Assembly: GCA_949296775.1 (NCBI GenBank)
Contig: CASFQA010000004.1
Span: forward strand, 3,698 to 67,697
Reading direction: 5' to 3'
Length of the DNA: 64,000 nucleotides
Source: an uncultured bacterium
Lineage (GTDB): Bacteria; Bacillota_I; Bacilli_A; RFN20; CAG-826
Below are positions 1 to 8,649 of this stretch, piece after piece. Each line of letters opens with the position of its first letter. Position 1 is the stretch's first letter. Under the pieces are notes generated by a model. That model did no database searches. It worked only from the letters and a program-made list of their open reading frames with translations, and was not told the DNA's origin. Both the position numbers and the translations under genes were made by a program.

Positions 1-55
1 TTGTACCCATCCCTTCCTTATAAAGGAAGAGGGGTTATGCTAAGATTAGCCAGTT

Positions 56-1588
56 ATGGCTTTACTGGAACTCAAGGACATTGAATTCAACTACTCCGAC
101 AAGGAGCTGTATAACGGGGTTAGCCTTAAGCTCAACCCGGGGGAGCACGCCTGCATCGTCGGGGTCAATGGCTCGGGGAAGACGACTTTGCTCTCGCTTA
201 TAGTCGGCGACATCAAACCGGATAGGGGCAGCGTCAACTGGGAACCCCACGTCACTTATTCCTACTTAGATCAGCAGCTGAAAGTCGAGACCGATGTTCG
301 GACCGAGGATTACCTTTATGGGGTCTATGCCGATCTTTTCGCCAAAGAGAAGCAGATGGAGGACCTATACATGAAGGCTTCGACTGGCGAGGGAGACTAC
401 GAAAAGCTTTTGAACAAGGCTGAGCAGCTCGGCAACGAGCTAAACGAGAAAGGGTTTTATTCCCTCCAGGAGAAAGTCGGTCGATTAACCGACGGCTTAG
501 GATTCGATAAAGTCGACCTCGACCGGCCGTTAAGGCTGCTCTCCTCCGGTCAAAGGGAAAAAGCCTTCTTAGCCAAGATGCTCTTGGAGGAAAAAGACGT
601 CCTGATCATGGATGAGCCGACTAACTTCCTCGACCAAAGCCAGGTGTCCTGGCTAGCCAATTACCTTTCTTCCTACCCCAAGGCCTTTTTGGTGGTGAGC
701 CATGACCAAGCCTTCCTAAGGCAAATCGCCAAAGTCGTCTTCTGCTTAGAAAACAAAGCCTTGACCCGGTACAAAGGCGATTACGACCATTACTTAGCCC
801 AGCACGAGGTCGATAAGCTCCAATACGCCAAAGACTATGCCGCCCAGCAACGCTATATAAAAAAGGAAGAGGCCTTCATCGCCAAGCACATCGTCCGCGC
901 CACCTCGGCCAGGGCCGCCAAAAGCCGCCGAGCCCGGCTCGCCCATCTCGAGGTCTTGGATGCGCCAGGCAAAGAAGAAGGCCATGTTCATTTCGCCTTC
1001 CCATTCACCCATGACGTCGGGGAGAAACCCTTATCGGTCGAGGAACTGGAAATCGGCTATAGCCACCCATTGTTGCCGCCCATCTCCTTCCTGCTCAAAA
1101 AAGGCGAGAAGATCGCCATCCTTGGGCAGAACGGGGTGGGTAAGACCACATTGCTGAAAACCATCATGAATCAGATCCCCTCGTTAGGCGGGGAATTCCA
1201 CTGGTTGAAAGGGACGGTGGTCAATTACTTCGACCAAGACGAAAAGATCGACCTCAACCTAACCCCCTTTGAATACGTGAGGCTGCACTACCCCGATTTA
1301 GACAACACCAAAGTCCGCTCAGCCCTAGGGGCGGTCGGGGTGCGGAAGGAACTGGCGATGCGGAAGATGAAGGAGCTTTCCGGAGGCGAGGTCACCAAAG
1401 CCCGGTTCGCCGTCATGACCTTAAGGAAAGCCAACTTTCTGATGTTCGACGAGCCGACCAATCACCTCGACCAAAAAGCCAAGGATTCGCTTTTCGAGGC
1501 CATCGAACGCTTCCCGGGTGCCGTCATCATCGTAAGCCATGAAAAAGACTTCTATGACGGCTTGGTCGACTATGAGCTTAATTTCTAA
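56..1588 (+). CDS. ABC-F family ATPase (ribosome-associated, YfmM-like)
   Basis: Two ABC domains (GVNGSGKTT, GQNGVGKTT; DEPTN twice; LSSGQ/LSGGE) joined by a helical linker, no TM segments; closely resembles B. subtilis YfmM in layout and sequence. Confidence 0.9.
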   Translation: MALLELKDIEFNYSDKELYNGVSLKLNPGEHACIVGVNGSGKTTLLSLIVGDIKPDRGSVNWEPHVTYSYLDQQLKVETDVRTEDYLYGVYADLFAKEKQMEDLYMKASTGEGDYEKLLNKAEQLGNELNEKGFYSLQEKVGRLTDGLGFDKVDLDRPLRLLSSGQREKAFLAKMLLEEKDVLIMDEPTNFLDQSQVSWLANYLSSYPKAFLVVSHDQAFLRQIAKVVFCLENKALTRYKGDYDHYLAQHEVDKLQYAKDYAAQQRYIKKEEAFIAKHIVRATSARAAKSRRARLAHLEVLDAPGKEEGHVHFAFPFTHDVGEKPLSVEELEIGYSHPLLPPISFLLKKGEKIAILGQNGVGKTTLLKTIMNQIPSLGGEFHWLKGTVVNYFDQDEKIDLNLTPFEYVRLHYPDLDNTKVRSALGAVGVRKELAMRKMKELSGGEVTKARFAVMTLRKANFLMFDEPTNHLDQKAKDSLFEAIERFPGAVIIVSHEKDFYDGLVDYELNF

Positions 1589-2109
1589 GGGATGTTAGGC
1601 CGGGTCTTGAAACCGAATAGATGGAAGAAGACCCGGTAAAGAGGGAGCGACCGCCAGTAGTTATAACCGGCCACGTCGGCGTTATACAAAGCGACGGTCT
1701 GTCGGTAGAAGCGGTTCAAATCGGCGATGGAGGAGACGCAGAACTCATATTCTTTCCCCTTCGACGCCCATTTGTTATCCAAGGCCAAATACGATAGGAC
1801 CGATTTGCAGCCATTCAGCTTAGATTGGTTAGCCATCAGCTTCTCGAAAGTCGGTTTCGTGAAATCCAAAGCGTGCAAATCGACCGATTTCGCATCGGCT
1901 TCCGAATAGGTGACGCCGACGCTTTTGAAAAGGGAATCGAGCCGGACCAGAATCGCCGCCGTTTCGCTTTGGATCAAATTCAACGTCTTTTCTTTATTCC
2001 GAAGCGAGCGATAAAAATCGAGAACATGGGAAAAAGCGTAGAAAAAAACGGCCAGGAAAAGGAAGATTATCAAGGCGGCAACGAGGATGATAATCTGGTA
2101 AGGCTTCAT
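1585..2109 (-). CDS. LemA-like membrane protein
   Basis: N-terminal TM helix; C-terminal RFYRQTVALYNADVAGYN...LPLYRVFFHLFGF resembles the LemA C-terminal pattern. Confidence 0.6.
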   Translation of the reverse strand: MKPYQIIILVAALIIFLFLAVFFYAFSHVLDFYRSLRNKEKTLNLIQSETAAILVRLDSLFKSVGVTYSEADAKSVDLHALDFTKPTFEKLMANQSKLNGCKSVLSYLALDNKWASKGKEYEFCVSSIADLNRFYRQTVALYNADVAGYNYWRSLPLYRVFFHLFGFKTRPNIP

Positions 2110-2202
2110 ACCGGCTTATTTTAGACTGCAATCCGAAAGAAACAAACCGCAATCGCCAAGCGGAAACTATTTACTCGCAAAAACCCATCGAAATATCGAA
2201 AT

Positions 2203-2231
2203 TTGCATAAAAAGCCGCGGTCAATTATAAT
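2203..2231 (+). promoter_or_regulatory. sigma-A promoter of the HAD hydrolase gene
   Basis: TTGCAT(2203-2208)-17 nt-TATAAT(2226-2231). Confidence 0.7.
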
Positions 2232-2254
2232 TCGGTCATTCGGAGGCACCGAAC

Positions 2255-3094
2255 TTGAACAAAAAGCCCATTTGCGCCATTCTCTACGATTTCGACTCCA
2301 CTTTGGCGACGACCGATATGCAGAATTTCGGCTTCATCCCGGCTTTGGGCCTCACCCCAGCCGAGTTTTGGGGCGAAACCACCCGTTTTTCCAATGAGAC
2401 CGGCTGCGAAAAGATCCTCTCTTACCTTTACACCATGATCGCGATGGCCCGCCAGAAAGGGATTAAGCTCGACAAAGCCTTTCTGCGCGAATGCGGCAAA
2501 AACATCAAATTCTTTCCCGGCGTCACCACTTGGTTCGACCGGATCAACCAATATGGGGCCGAGCACGGGGTCAAGATCGAGCATTACCTGATATCCTCCG
2601 GCAACAAGGAAATCGTCGAAGGCTGCCCCATCGCCAACCAGTTCAAGGTGATGTACGGCTGCGAATACGTCTTCGACAAAAACACCGGGGAAGCCATCTG
2701 GCCCAAACTGGCCATCAATTACACCCAGAAGACCCAATATTTTTTCCGCATCTCCAAAGGGGTCTATGACGCGACCGACGATGTCGGGGTCAACGAGAAA
2801 AAACCGACTCGCCGGATTCCCTACTCCAACATCGTCTACATCGGGGACGGGATGACCGACATCCCTTCGATGATCATCGTGAAAAACAACGGGGGAAAAT
2901 CAATCGCCGTCTACCCCAAAGGGAAAGAGGACCGCGTCGCCTCCCTCTATGAGGATGAGCGGGTCAACTACGCCTGCGTCGCCGATTACTCCTCCGGCAA
3001 GACCCTGGAGAAGATCATGCAGCTGATCATCGAAGGCATCGCCATCAACGAGACCCTCCGGGCCCACGAGAAAGAAAAAATCTACACCGATTAA
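2255..3094 (+). CDS. HAD-superfamily hydrolase
   Basis: Motif I YDFDSTL, motif II ISSG, motif IV YIGDGMTD; TTG start with GGAGG upstream. Confidence 0.85.
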   Translation: MNKKPICAILYDFDSTLATTDMQNFGFIPALGLTPAEFWGETTRFSNETGCEKILSYLYTMIAMARQKGIKLDKAFLRECGKNIKFFPGVTTWFDRINQYGAEHGVKIEHYLISSGNKEIVEGCPIANQFKVMYGCEYVFDKNTGEAIWPKLAINYTQKTQYFFRISKGVYDATDDVGVNEKKPTRRIPYSNIVYIGDGMTDIPSMIIVKNNGGKSIAVYPKGKEDRVASLYEDERVNYACVADYSSGKTLEKIMQLIIEGIAINETLRAHEKEKIYTD

Positions 3095-3138
3095 CTTAAT
3101 CGAGGCAAAGCCTCGCGAATGTATTACAATAGCAGGGC

Positions 3139-3825
3139 ATGGATCGTAGCAAACGCGAGACATATGCCCTGCTCCTTTTAGGGGGAAGCGGCCTCCGCTT
3201 CGGCGGGGAAACGCTGAAGCAATTCCGCCTGATCGAGGGCAAACCACTTTTCCGTTACGCCTTCGATGCCTTGGCCCAATCGGATAAGCTCCAAACCATA
3301 ATCCTCTCGGTCAAGAGGGGGACGGAGCAAACCGTCGCCGATTTCCTTAACGGCCACGACAACGGGAAAGACATCCTTTTCGCCCCCGGTGGGCAAACCC
3401 GGGCGGAATCGGTTTTCAACGCCTTGTCGCTGATTCCGGAAAAAGACGGCATCGTCCTCATTCAAGATGGGGACCGGCCCAATCTATCCGAAACCCTCAT
3501 CGATCGATGCCTTGATAAGGCGAGGGAAATAGGGGCGGCTATCGTCGCGAGCCCCGCCACCGACTCGATGCTTATGGTCGAAGATAAGAAAGCGAGGGAA
3601 TACTTACCCCGGGAGAAGCTTTATCGCGCCCAAACGCCGCAGGCATTCAAGCTATCCTTGCTCAAATCCCATTTCTTTGACTATAGCCATACCGATGAAG
3701 GCTCCTTGCTTTTAGAAGCCGGTTGCCCGGTCGGCATCATCGAAGGGAGCGAAGAAAACCTGAAAATCAACACCATCGAGGATGAAGAACGGTTCCTTTT
3801 GATGCTTAAAAGGAGAAAACAATGA
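3139..3825 (+). CDS. ispD: 2-C-methyl-D-erythritol 4-phosphate cytidylyltransferase (IspD/TarI family)
   Basis: GGSGLRFG..KQF, QDGDRP (variant of HDGARP), AQTPQAF, NLKINT motifs; ispF also present in the window. Confidence 0.8.
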   Translation: MDRSKRETYALLLLGGSGLRFGGETLKQFRLIEGKPLFRYAFDALAQSDKLQTIILSVKRGTEQTVADFLNGHDNGKDILFAPGGQTRAESVFNALSLIPEKDGIVLIQDGDRPNLSETLIDRCLDKAREIGAAIVASPATDSMLMVEDKKAREYLPREKLYRAQTPQAFKLSLLKSHFFDYSHTDEGSLLLEAGCPVGIIEGSEENLKINTIEDEERFLLMLKRRKQ

Positions 3826-4193
3826 AACCATATTTGCCGAAAGTCGGCGATATCGCCGTCGGGACGGTCGTCTCGGTCTATACCTCTTACGCCATCCTCC
3901 TTTTCGAAGAAGGATGGACCGGTTTGCTTCATATAAGCGAGGTCTCGACCCAATTCATCCGTTCATTTACCGCTTATATAACGATTGGAAGCATTTATAA
4001 TGTAAAGGTCATCGCCGTCGACGAGGCCACCGGCTCGGTCCGGGTCTCGCTTAAGCAAATGACCGCATCGGAAAGGAAAAAGGCTTTCCGCCATAAACCG
4101 ATCGACCAAGCGGACATCGACTTCGCCCCATTGGCCCAAGCGTTGCCCGAATGGATAAAGGAAGAGAATTCGCCTAAGGAGAATCAAAAATGA
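3822..4193 (+). CDS. S1 RNA-binding domain protein (YugI/CvfD-like)
   Basis: GTVVSV..YAILLF...GLLHISEVS S1 pattern; adjacent to pgi as in Bacillus. Confidence 0.8.
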   Translation: MKPYLPKVGDIAVGTVVSVYTSYAILLFEEGWTGLLHISEVSTQFIRSFTAYITIGSIYNVKVIAVDEATGSVRVSLKQMTASERKKAFRHKPIDQADIDFAPLAQALPEWIKEENSPKENQK

Positions 4194-5464
4194 TCAAAAC
4201 GGATTTGTCGAACCTACGCACTGAAATCAATTGGAAGGATTATGAGCCCAAGGTCGCCGCGATCAACAAGATGATCGACGAGAAAACCGGGGCCGGGAAC
4301 GATTACCTCGGCTGGGCCAACTACCCCGACACCTACGACAAGGAGGAATTCGCCCGCATCAAGCAAGCGGCCGCCTACATCCAAGACCATTTCGATATCC
4401 TCGTCGTCTGCGGGATCGGCGGCTCCTACCTCGGCGCCCGGGCCGCGATCGAGGCTTTGAATGGACTCCACCCGACCAACAAAACCGAGATTATCTATAT
4501 GGGGCAGACCTTCGCCGCCAGCTACGTCCACCAAGTGATGGAATACCTGAAAGGCAAGAAGTTCGCCATCAACGTCATCTCCAAATCCGGCACCACCACC
4601 GAGACCGCCGTCGCCTTCCGCTTGCTCCGCGACTTATTGGAATCGCAAATTGGAAAGGAAGCGGCCAGCAAAGCCATCTACGCCACGACCGACAAGGAAA
4701 AAGGGGCATTGCTTGAACTGGCTAAGAAATACAGGTACGAGCGCTTCGTTTTGCCCTCGGACGTCGGCGGACGTTACTCGGTCTTCACCGCGGTCGGTTT
4801 GCTGCCAATGGCGGTGGCCGGCATCGACATCGACGCTTTCATGGCCGGGGCGAAGGAAGAGAAAGACCTGCTCGACAATCCGGAGCTAAACGACGCCTAT
4901 AAATACGCCGTCGCCCGCCACGTCCTATATAAAAAAGGCTATGCCGCCGAAATGTTCGTCTCCTACGAACCGCGGTTCGTCCAATTAGGCGAATGGTGGA
5001 AGCAGCTTTACGGCGAATCCGAAGGCAAGGAAAAAACTGGCTTGCTCCCCGATTCGGCGACCTTCACGACCGATCTCCATTCCCTCGGCCAATTCATCCA
5101 AGAAGGGAGTCCGGTCCTCTTCGAATCGATTCTTAACATCGCCTCATCGGATCATGACGTGGTCGTCCCCCACGATGAAGATAACCTCGACGGTCTCAAC
5201 TACCTCGAAGGCAAAACCTTGGACTATGTATCCAAAAAGGCGATGGAGGGGACCCTCCAGGCCCATTCGCTGACAGGCGGGGTTCCCAATATCGTCATCA
5301 CCCTTGAGAAAATGGATGCCAAGACGCTGGGCGCTTTGATGTATTTCTATATGCGTGCCTGCGCGATGTCGGCCTATCTCAACGGCATCAATCCATTCAA
5401 TCAGCCCGGCGTGGAGGTTTACAAAAAGAACATGTTCCATCTGCTCGGCAAGCCGGGATATTGA
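4190..5464 (+). CDS. pgi: glucose-6-phosphate isomerase
   Basis: GIGGSYLG, SKSGTTTET, DVGGRYSV, GESEGK, NPFNQPGVE motifs. Confidence 0.97.
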   Translation: MIKTDLSNLRTEINWKDYEPKVAAINKMIDEKTGAGNDYLGWANYPDTYDKEEFARIKQAAAYIQDHFDILVVCGIGGSYLGARAAIEALNGLHPTNKTEIIYMGQTFAASYVHQVMEYLKGKKFAINVISKSGTTTETAVAFRLLRDLLESQIGKEAASKAIYATTDKEKGALLELAKKYRYERFVLPSDVGGRYSVFTAVGLLPMAVAGIDIDAFMAGAKEEKDLLDNPELNDAYKYAVARHVLYKKGYAAEMFVSYEPRFVQLGEWWKQLYGESEGKEKTGLLPDSATFTTDLHSLGQFIQEGSPVLFESILNIASSDHDVVVPHDEDNLDGLNYLEGKTLDYVSKKAMEGTLQAHSLTGGVPNIVITLEKMDAKTLGALMYFYMRACAMSAYLNGINPFNQPGVEVYKKNMFHLLGKPGY

Positions 5465-5485
5465 TTATAAAGGTATATTGGATTT

Positions 5486-5512
5486 GGCCGGTGTCAAGCC
5501 GGCCTTTCTTTT
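5486..5512 (+). terminator. intrinsic terminator after pgi
   Basis: GGCCGG-loop-CCGGCC followed by TTTCTTTT. Confidence 0.8.
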
Positions 5513-5569
5513 CCTGAGTGTGAAAACGAGTCTGTCACTTTACGGCGGAAAAATTCCTCTTCCTTTTTC

Positions 5570-5597
5570 TTGCCTTCTAATTTGACTGTGGTATATT
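5570..5597 (+). promoter_or_regulatory. sigma-A promoter of the tRNA operon
   Basis: TTGCCT-16 nt-TATATT with TG extended -10, followed by a GC-rich start region. Confidence 0.65.
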
Positions 5598-5621
5598 AAG
5601 CAAGCGCGTTTTGCGCCCCGC

Positions 5622-5696
5622 GGATGCTTAGCTCAGCGGGAGAGCATCGCCCTTACAAGGCGGGGGTCACAGGTTCGAACCCTGTAGCATCCACCA
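5622..5696 (+). tRNA. tRNA-Val(TAC)
   Basis: Cloverleaf GGATGCT/AGCATCC acceptor, anticodon loop CT-TAC-AA, TTCGAAC T-loop, encoded CCA. Confidence 0.97.
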
Positions 5697-5727
5697 CCTT
5701 AATGGGCAAAACGCGTGAACACTGCGT

Positions 5728-5811
5728 GGGTGAATAGCGAAGTGGCCAAACGCGGCTGACTGTAAATCAGCTCCTTCGGGTTCGGTGGTTCAAATCCATC
5801 TTCACCCACCA
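5728..5811 (+). tRNA. tRNA-Tyr(GTA)
   Basis: GGGTGAA/TTCACCC acceptor, loop CT-GTA-AA, long variable arm, encoded CCA. Confidence 0.97.
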
Positions 5812-5822
5812 TTTCTTTTAAT

Positions 5823-5897
5823 TGGGGTGTAGCCAAGCGGTAAGGCAAGGGACTTTGACTCCCTGATGCGCTGGTCCGATCCCAGCCACCCCAGCCA
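5823..5897 (+). tRNA. tRNA-Gln(TTG)
   Basis: TGGGGTG/CACCCCA acceptor (U1-A72), loop CT-TTG-AC, encoded CCA; T-loop is the atypical TCCGATC. Confidence 0.93.
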
Positions 5898-5901
5898 CTG
5901 T

Positions 5902-5976
5902 CCTCCGTTAGCTCAGTGGTAGAGCACTTGACTTTTAATCAAGGGGTCGTGAGTTCGAGCCTCACACGGGGGACCA
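5902..5976 (+). tRNA. tRNA-Lys(TTT)
   Basis: CCTCCGT/ACGGGGG acceptor, loop CT-TTT-AA, TTCGAGC T-loop, encoded CCA. Confidence 0.95.
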
Positions 5977-5981
5977 GTTCG

Positions 5982-6016
5982 ATCAAAAGAAACGCCTGTA
6001 TGGGCGCTTTTTTGAT
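5982..6016 (+). terminator. terminator of the Val-Tyr-Gln-Lys tRNA operon
   Basis: CGCCT-GTAT-GGGCG hairpin followed by CTTTTTT. Confidence 0.7.
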
Positions 6017-6154
6017 GCTTGATTGGCAAAAGGGCGTGATGAGACGAATCTGCTTTAGAAGCGAATAAAGAACAACCTAAGACTGGATCCGGCAATTCAT
6101 AACGCCATATTCGGCTAAAAATAAGCCGCCGTCGTAAGCTCGCCCGATTAGTAT

Positions 6155-6183
6155 TTGAGATAAACGGACATTGGTGGTATCCT
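6155..6183 (+). promoter_or_regulatory. promoter of tRNA-Leu
   Basis: TTGAGA-17 nt-TATCCT with TG extended -10, 9 nt before the tRNA. Confidence 0.65.
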
Positions 6184-6192
6184 TTCGCTTGC

Positions 6193-6278
6193 GCCCGAGT
6201 GGCGGAATGGTAGACGCAAGGGACTTAAAATCCCTCGGAGGCGACTCCATACCGGTTCGAGTCCGGTCTCGGGCACCA
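6193..6278 (+). tRNA. tRNA-Leu(TAA)
   Basis: GCCCGAG/CTCGGGC acceptor, loop CT-TAA-AA, long variable arm, encoded CCA. Confidence 0.97.
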
Positions 6279-6287
6279 ATAGACAAC

Positions 6288-6322
6288 AAACCTGCTCCAG
6301 CATTGGGAATGCAGGTTTTTTT
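6288..6322 (+). terminator. terminator after tRNA-Leu
   Basis: AAACCTGC...GCAGGTTT stem followed by a T run. Confidence 0.75.
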
Positions 6323-6405
6323 ATGAAAAATCATCAGGGTTGGCCACAAGAAAAATCCCTAAAAGAATATCGTTTTCAAAAAGATTATGGGGTTCTTGCG
6401 GACTT

Positions 6406-8334
6406 TTACTTAATTAGACGCTTTTCCAGTCGATCAAGGTCAAAAGAAAAACCGTCATCGAGATATTGGGTGTAATCGCCATCGCCGATTTTGGAAACTT
6501 TGCGCAAATCAACATCGCGCGTCGAGAGGGCGTAATCCCCGTATATAAACGATTTCCCGGGGCGAAGGAAGAAACAAACCTCTTTGGTCGAATAGGCGAG
6601 GTGATGATGGCCCGCGGCCATTTTCTCAAGATGGAAATCTTTTCCGTCATAACGGAGTAAAGTCATGGGCTCGGGGAGATATATTTCCCGCCCCTTTCCC
6701 TTCTCGTGGACCGGACAAAGCAAGAGCCCGTCGCCAAAAAGCAATTCATCCTCGATTTCGGCCGCTTCATCATCGTCGGGGTATAGGAAGCTAAGCGGTT
6801 TGAGCAAAAGGTCGTTTTCCTTCACGCAGCGGAGGTATTCGCTGTAAATATAAGGGAGCAGGCGATAACGCAAGCCAAGAACGGTGCGGAAATCTTTTTT
6901 TCCTAGATAGGCATAGCATTCCTGCCTCCGGGTGAAAATAGCGGAATGGTTTCGCAATAACGGGGTGAAGATGGAAAATTGCAGCCAACGCAAAAGCAAA
7001 TCCCGCGAGCATTTCTCCCCAAAGCCGCCGGTATCGGCACCAGAGAAAAGGAATCCGGCCATGTTAAGACCCGGCATCATCCGGATATTGAGCAGCAGCT
7101 GGTCATAGCTGGAATGATTGTCGCCAGTCCATATCCCCCCATAACGATGACTGCCGATATAAGTGGAACGGCCAAAGGAGAGGAAACGATGGCCGAACCG
7201 CCGCTTGCCCCACTCATAGACGGCTTCCGAAAGCAACCCGCCATAAAGGTTATGGACGTCATAATGGTTGATTTTCTTTCCTTCGAACTCATGGAAGAAC
7301 GATTGATAATCGGAAAGGAAGCCATTGCCCTCCCAATAGGGACCGCCTTCCGCCTTTTTCTCGGATTTGGGTCGATTCATTGAATATTCCGAAGCAAAAA
7401 TCGAGGGTTCGTTCATATCAAGCCAGAAGCCATCGATCCCTTGGTCGGCGTAAAAATCGAACTGCCGGCCGAAAAACTCTTTGGCCCCGTCTTTGAGGAA
7501 ATCGACGAAATGGGTCATGCCGGGCCAAACTTTGGCTTGGAAAGGCAATCCCTCTTTGTTGGTGACGAAATAACCGCCTTTGACTCCTTCTTCGTAAGCC
7601 GGGGAGCCTTGTTTCACTTTGATCCCGGCATCGACAATTGGAACGATATGGACGCCATAGGATTCGGCGAGTTCCGAAGTGAGTGCCGGAACGTCGGGAA
7701 ACTTATCCTTGTCGAAGGTAAAGTCCTCGAAATGGTCCATATAATGGATGTCGAGGCAAATATAATCCAACGGCAACTGGTGTTTTCGGTATTTCCTCGC
7801 GACTTTCAATACCTCGCTTTGGGAAAAGTAGGAAAACCGGCTTTGCCCATAGCCGAAGCCCCATAGAGGAGGGACGTAGCTTTCGCCGATGAGCGAGCGG
7901 AACACATGGCAAATGGCCTCGCTGCTATCGCCTTCGATTAAGTAGAGGGAAAAAGGGTGATCGCTATGGATCTTCAGACGATCAGGATCAGAATGGCCTA
8001 GGTCAAAGACGACGCGGGCGGGCGAGTCGACGAAGATGCCAAGATGGTCATCCCCTTCCAGGAGAAGGAAGTTATGGGAGGAATATAGCGAGTAATTGTC
8101 ATCCTCGTGATGAGCGGTATCCGAATTTAAACTCACCTTGAACATACCCCGTTTGTTTAAAGGGCCGGTCGCTTCGCCGAGCCCGAAGATCCGGGTTTGT
8201 TTCCTAAGAGGGTAAGTCAAATCATAACCGTCGTTTTCATTGACGGTTAGATTCGGATAGGAAGATGTTGGTTCAATCGAAAAGAGGATCGTCTTCGTAG
8301 GGAAGGGCTTCCCAAAAATTAGATGTTTAACCAT
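6406..8334 (-). CDS. alpha-glucosidase, glycoside hydrolase family 31
   Basis: GLGE, PPLWGFGYGQSRFSY, catalytic WLDMNEP and WTGDN, GADTGGF, LRYRLLPYIY. Confidence 0.92.
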   Translation of the reverse strand: MVKHLIFGKPFPTKTILFSIEPTSSYPNLTVNENDGYDLTYPLRKQTRIFGLGEATGPLNKRGMFKVSLNSDTAHHEDDNYSLYSSHNFLLLEGDDHLGIFVDSPARVVFDLGHSDPDRLKIHSDHPFSLYLIEGDSSEAICHVFRSLIGESYVPPLWGFGYGQSRFSYFSQSEVLKVARKYRKHQLPLDYICLDIHYMDHFEDFTFDKDKFPDVPALTSELAESYGVHIVPIVDAGIKVKQGSPAYEEGVKGGYFVTNKEGLPFQAKVWPGMTHFVDFLKDGAKEFFGRQFDFYADQGIDGFWLDMNEPSIFASEYSMNRPKSEKKAEGGPYWEGNGFLSDYQSFFHEFEGKKINHYDVHNLYGGLLSEAVYEWGKRRFGHRFLSFGRSTYIGSHRYGGIWTGDNHSSYDQLLLNIRMMPGLNMAGFLFSGADTGGFGEKCSRDLLLRWLQFSIFTPLLRNHSAIFTRRQECYAYLGKKDFRTVLGLRYRLLPYIYSEYLRCVKENDLLLKPLSFLYPDDDEAAEIEDELLFGDGLLLCPVHEKGKGREIYLPEPMTLLRYDGKDFHLEKMAAGHHHLAYSTKEVCFFLRPGKSFIYGDYALSTRDVDLRKVSKIGDGDYTQYLDDGFSFDLDRLEKRLIK

Positions 8335-8649
8335 AGCGCTAATCCTAAACTTCTCTTCCTTAAAAAGGAAGGGTAATTTTCATTGGGCTCGCCAATCGGC
8401 TGATTTGCCTAGATTCAAACGGTATCTTGCCAAATGGTGGGAAAAGGAATTATGTCAAGGTAAATAGTACCCGTTCGGGTGTTGTTTCAGCGGAAAGAAA
8501 AAATTTTTTGTGTAAAATTCCCACCATAAAGTCCGAGCGTTCGCTAAAGCGAGGATGAAGAACTATCTTAAAATCCAAAATCAGGAAAAGATTTTCCGTT
8601 TGATAATCGTCAAATAGGGCATACAATAGGCCTCGCTGAACTAAAAACA

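Noticed and set aside
2188-2203. ATCGAAAT direct repeat upstream of the HAD promoter
   Set aside because: Short, A/T-rich and seen only once; not enough to call a binding site
5520-5535. cre-like TGAAAACG upstream of the tRNA operon
   Set aside because: The second half of the TGWNANCGNTNWCA consensus is missing
5900-5976. tRNA-Lys acceptor stem extendable to 9 bp, with a U3-G70 wobble
   Set aside because: The standard 7-bp stem, discriminator and CCA assignment works; the extra pairing is likely incidental
6193-8334. Genomic island integrated at tRNA-Leu
   Set aside because: No integrase, no duplicated tRNA 3' end, and the GH31 gene has ordinary composition
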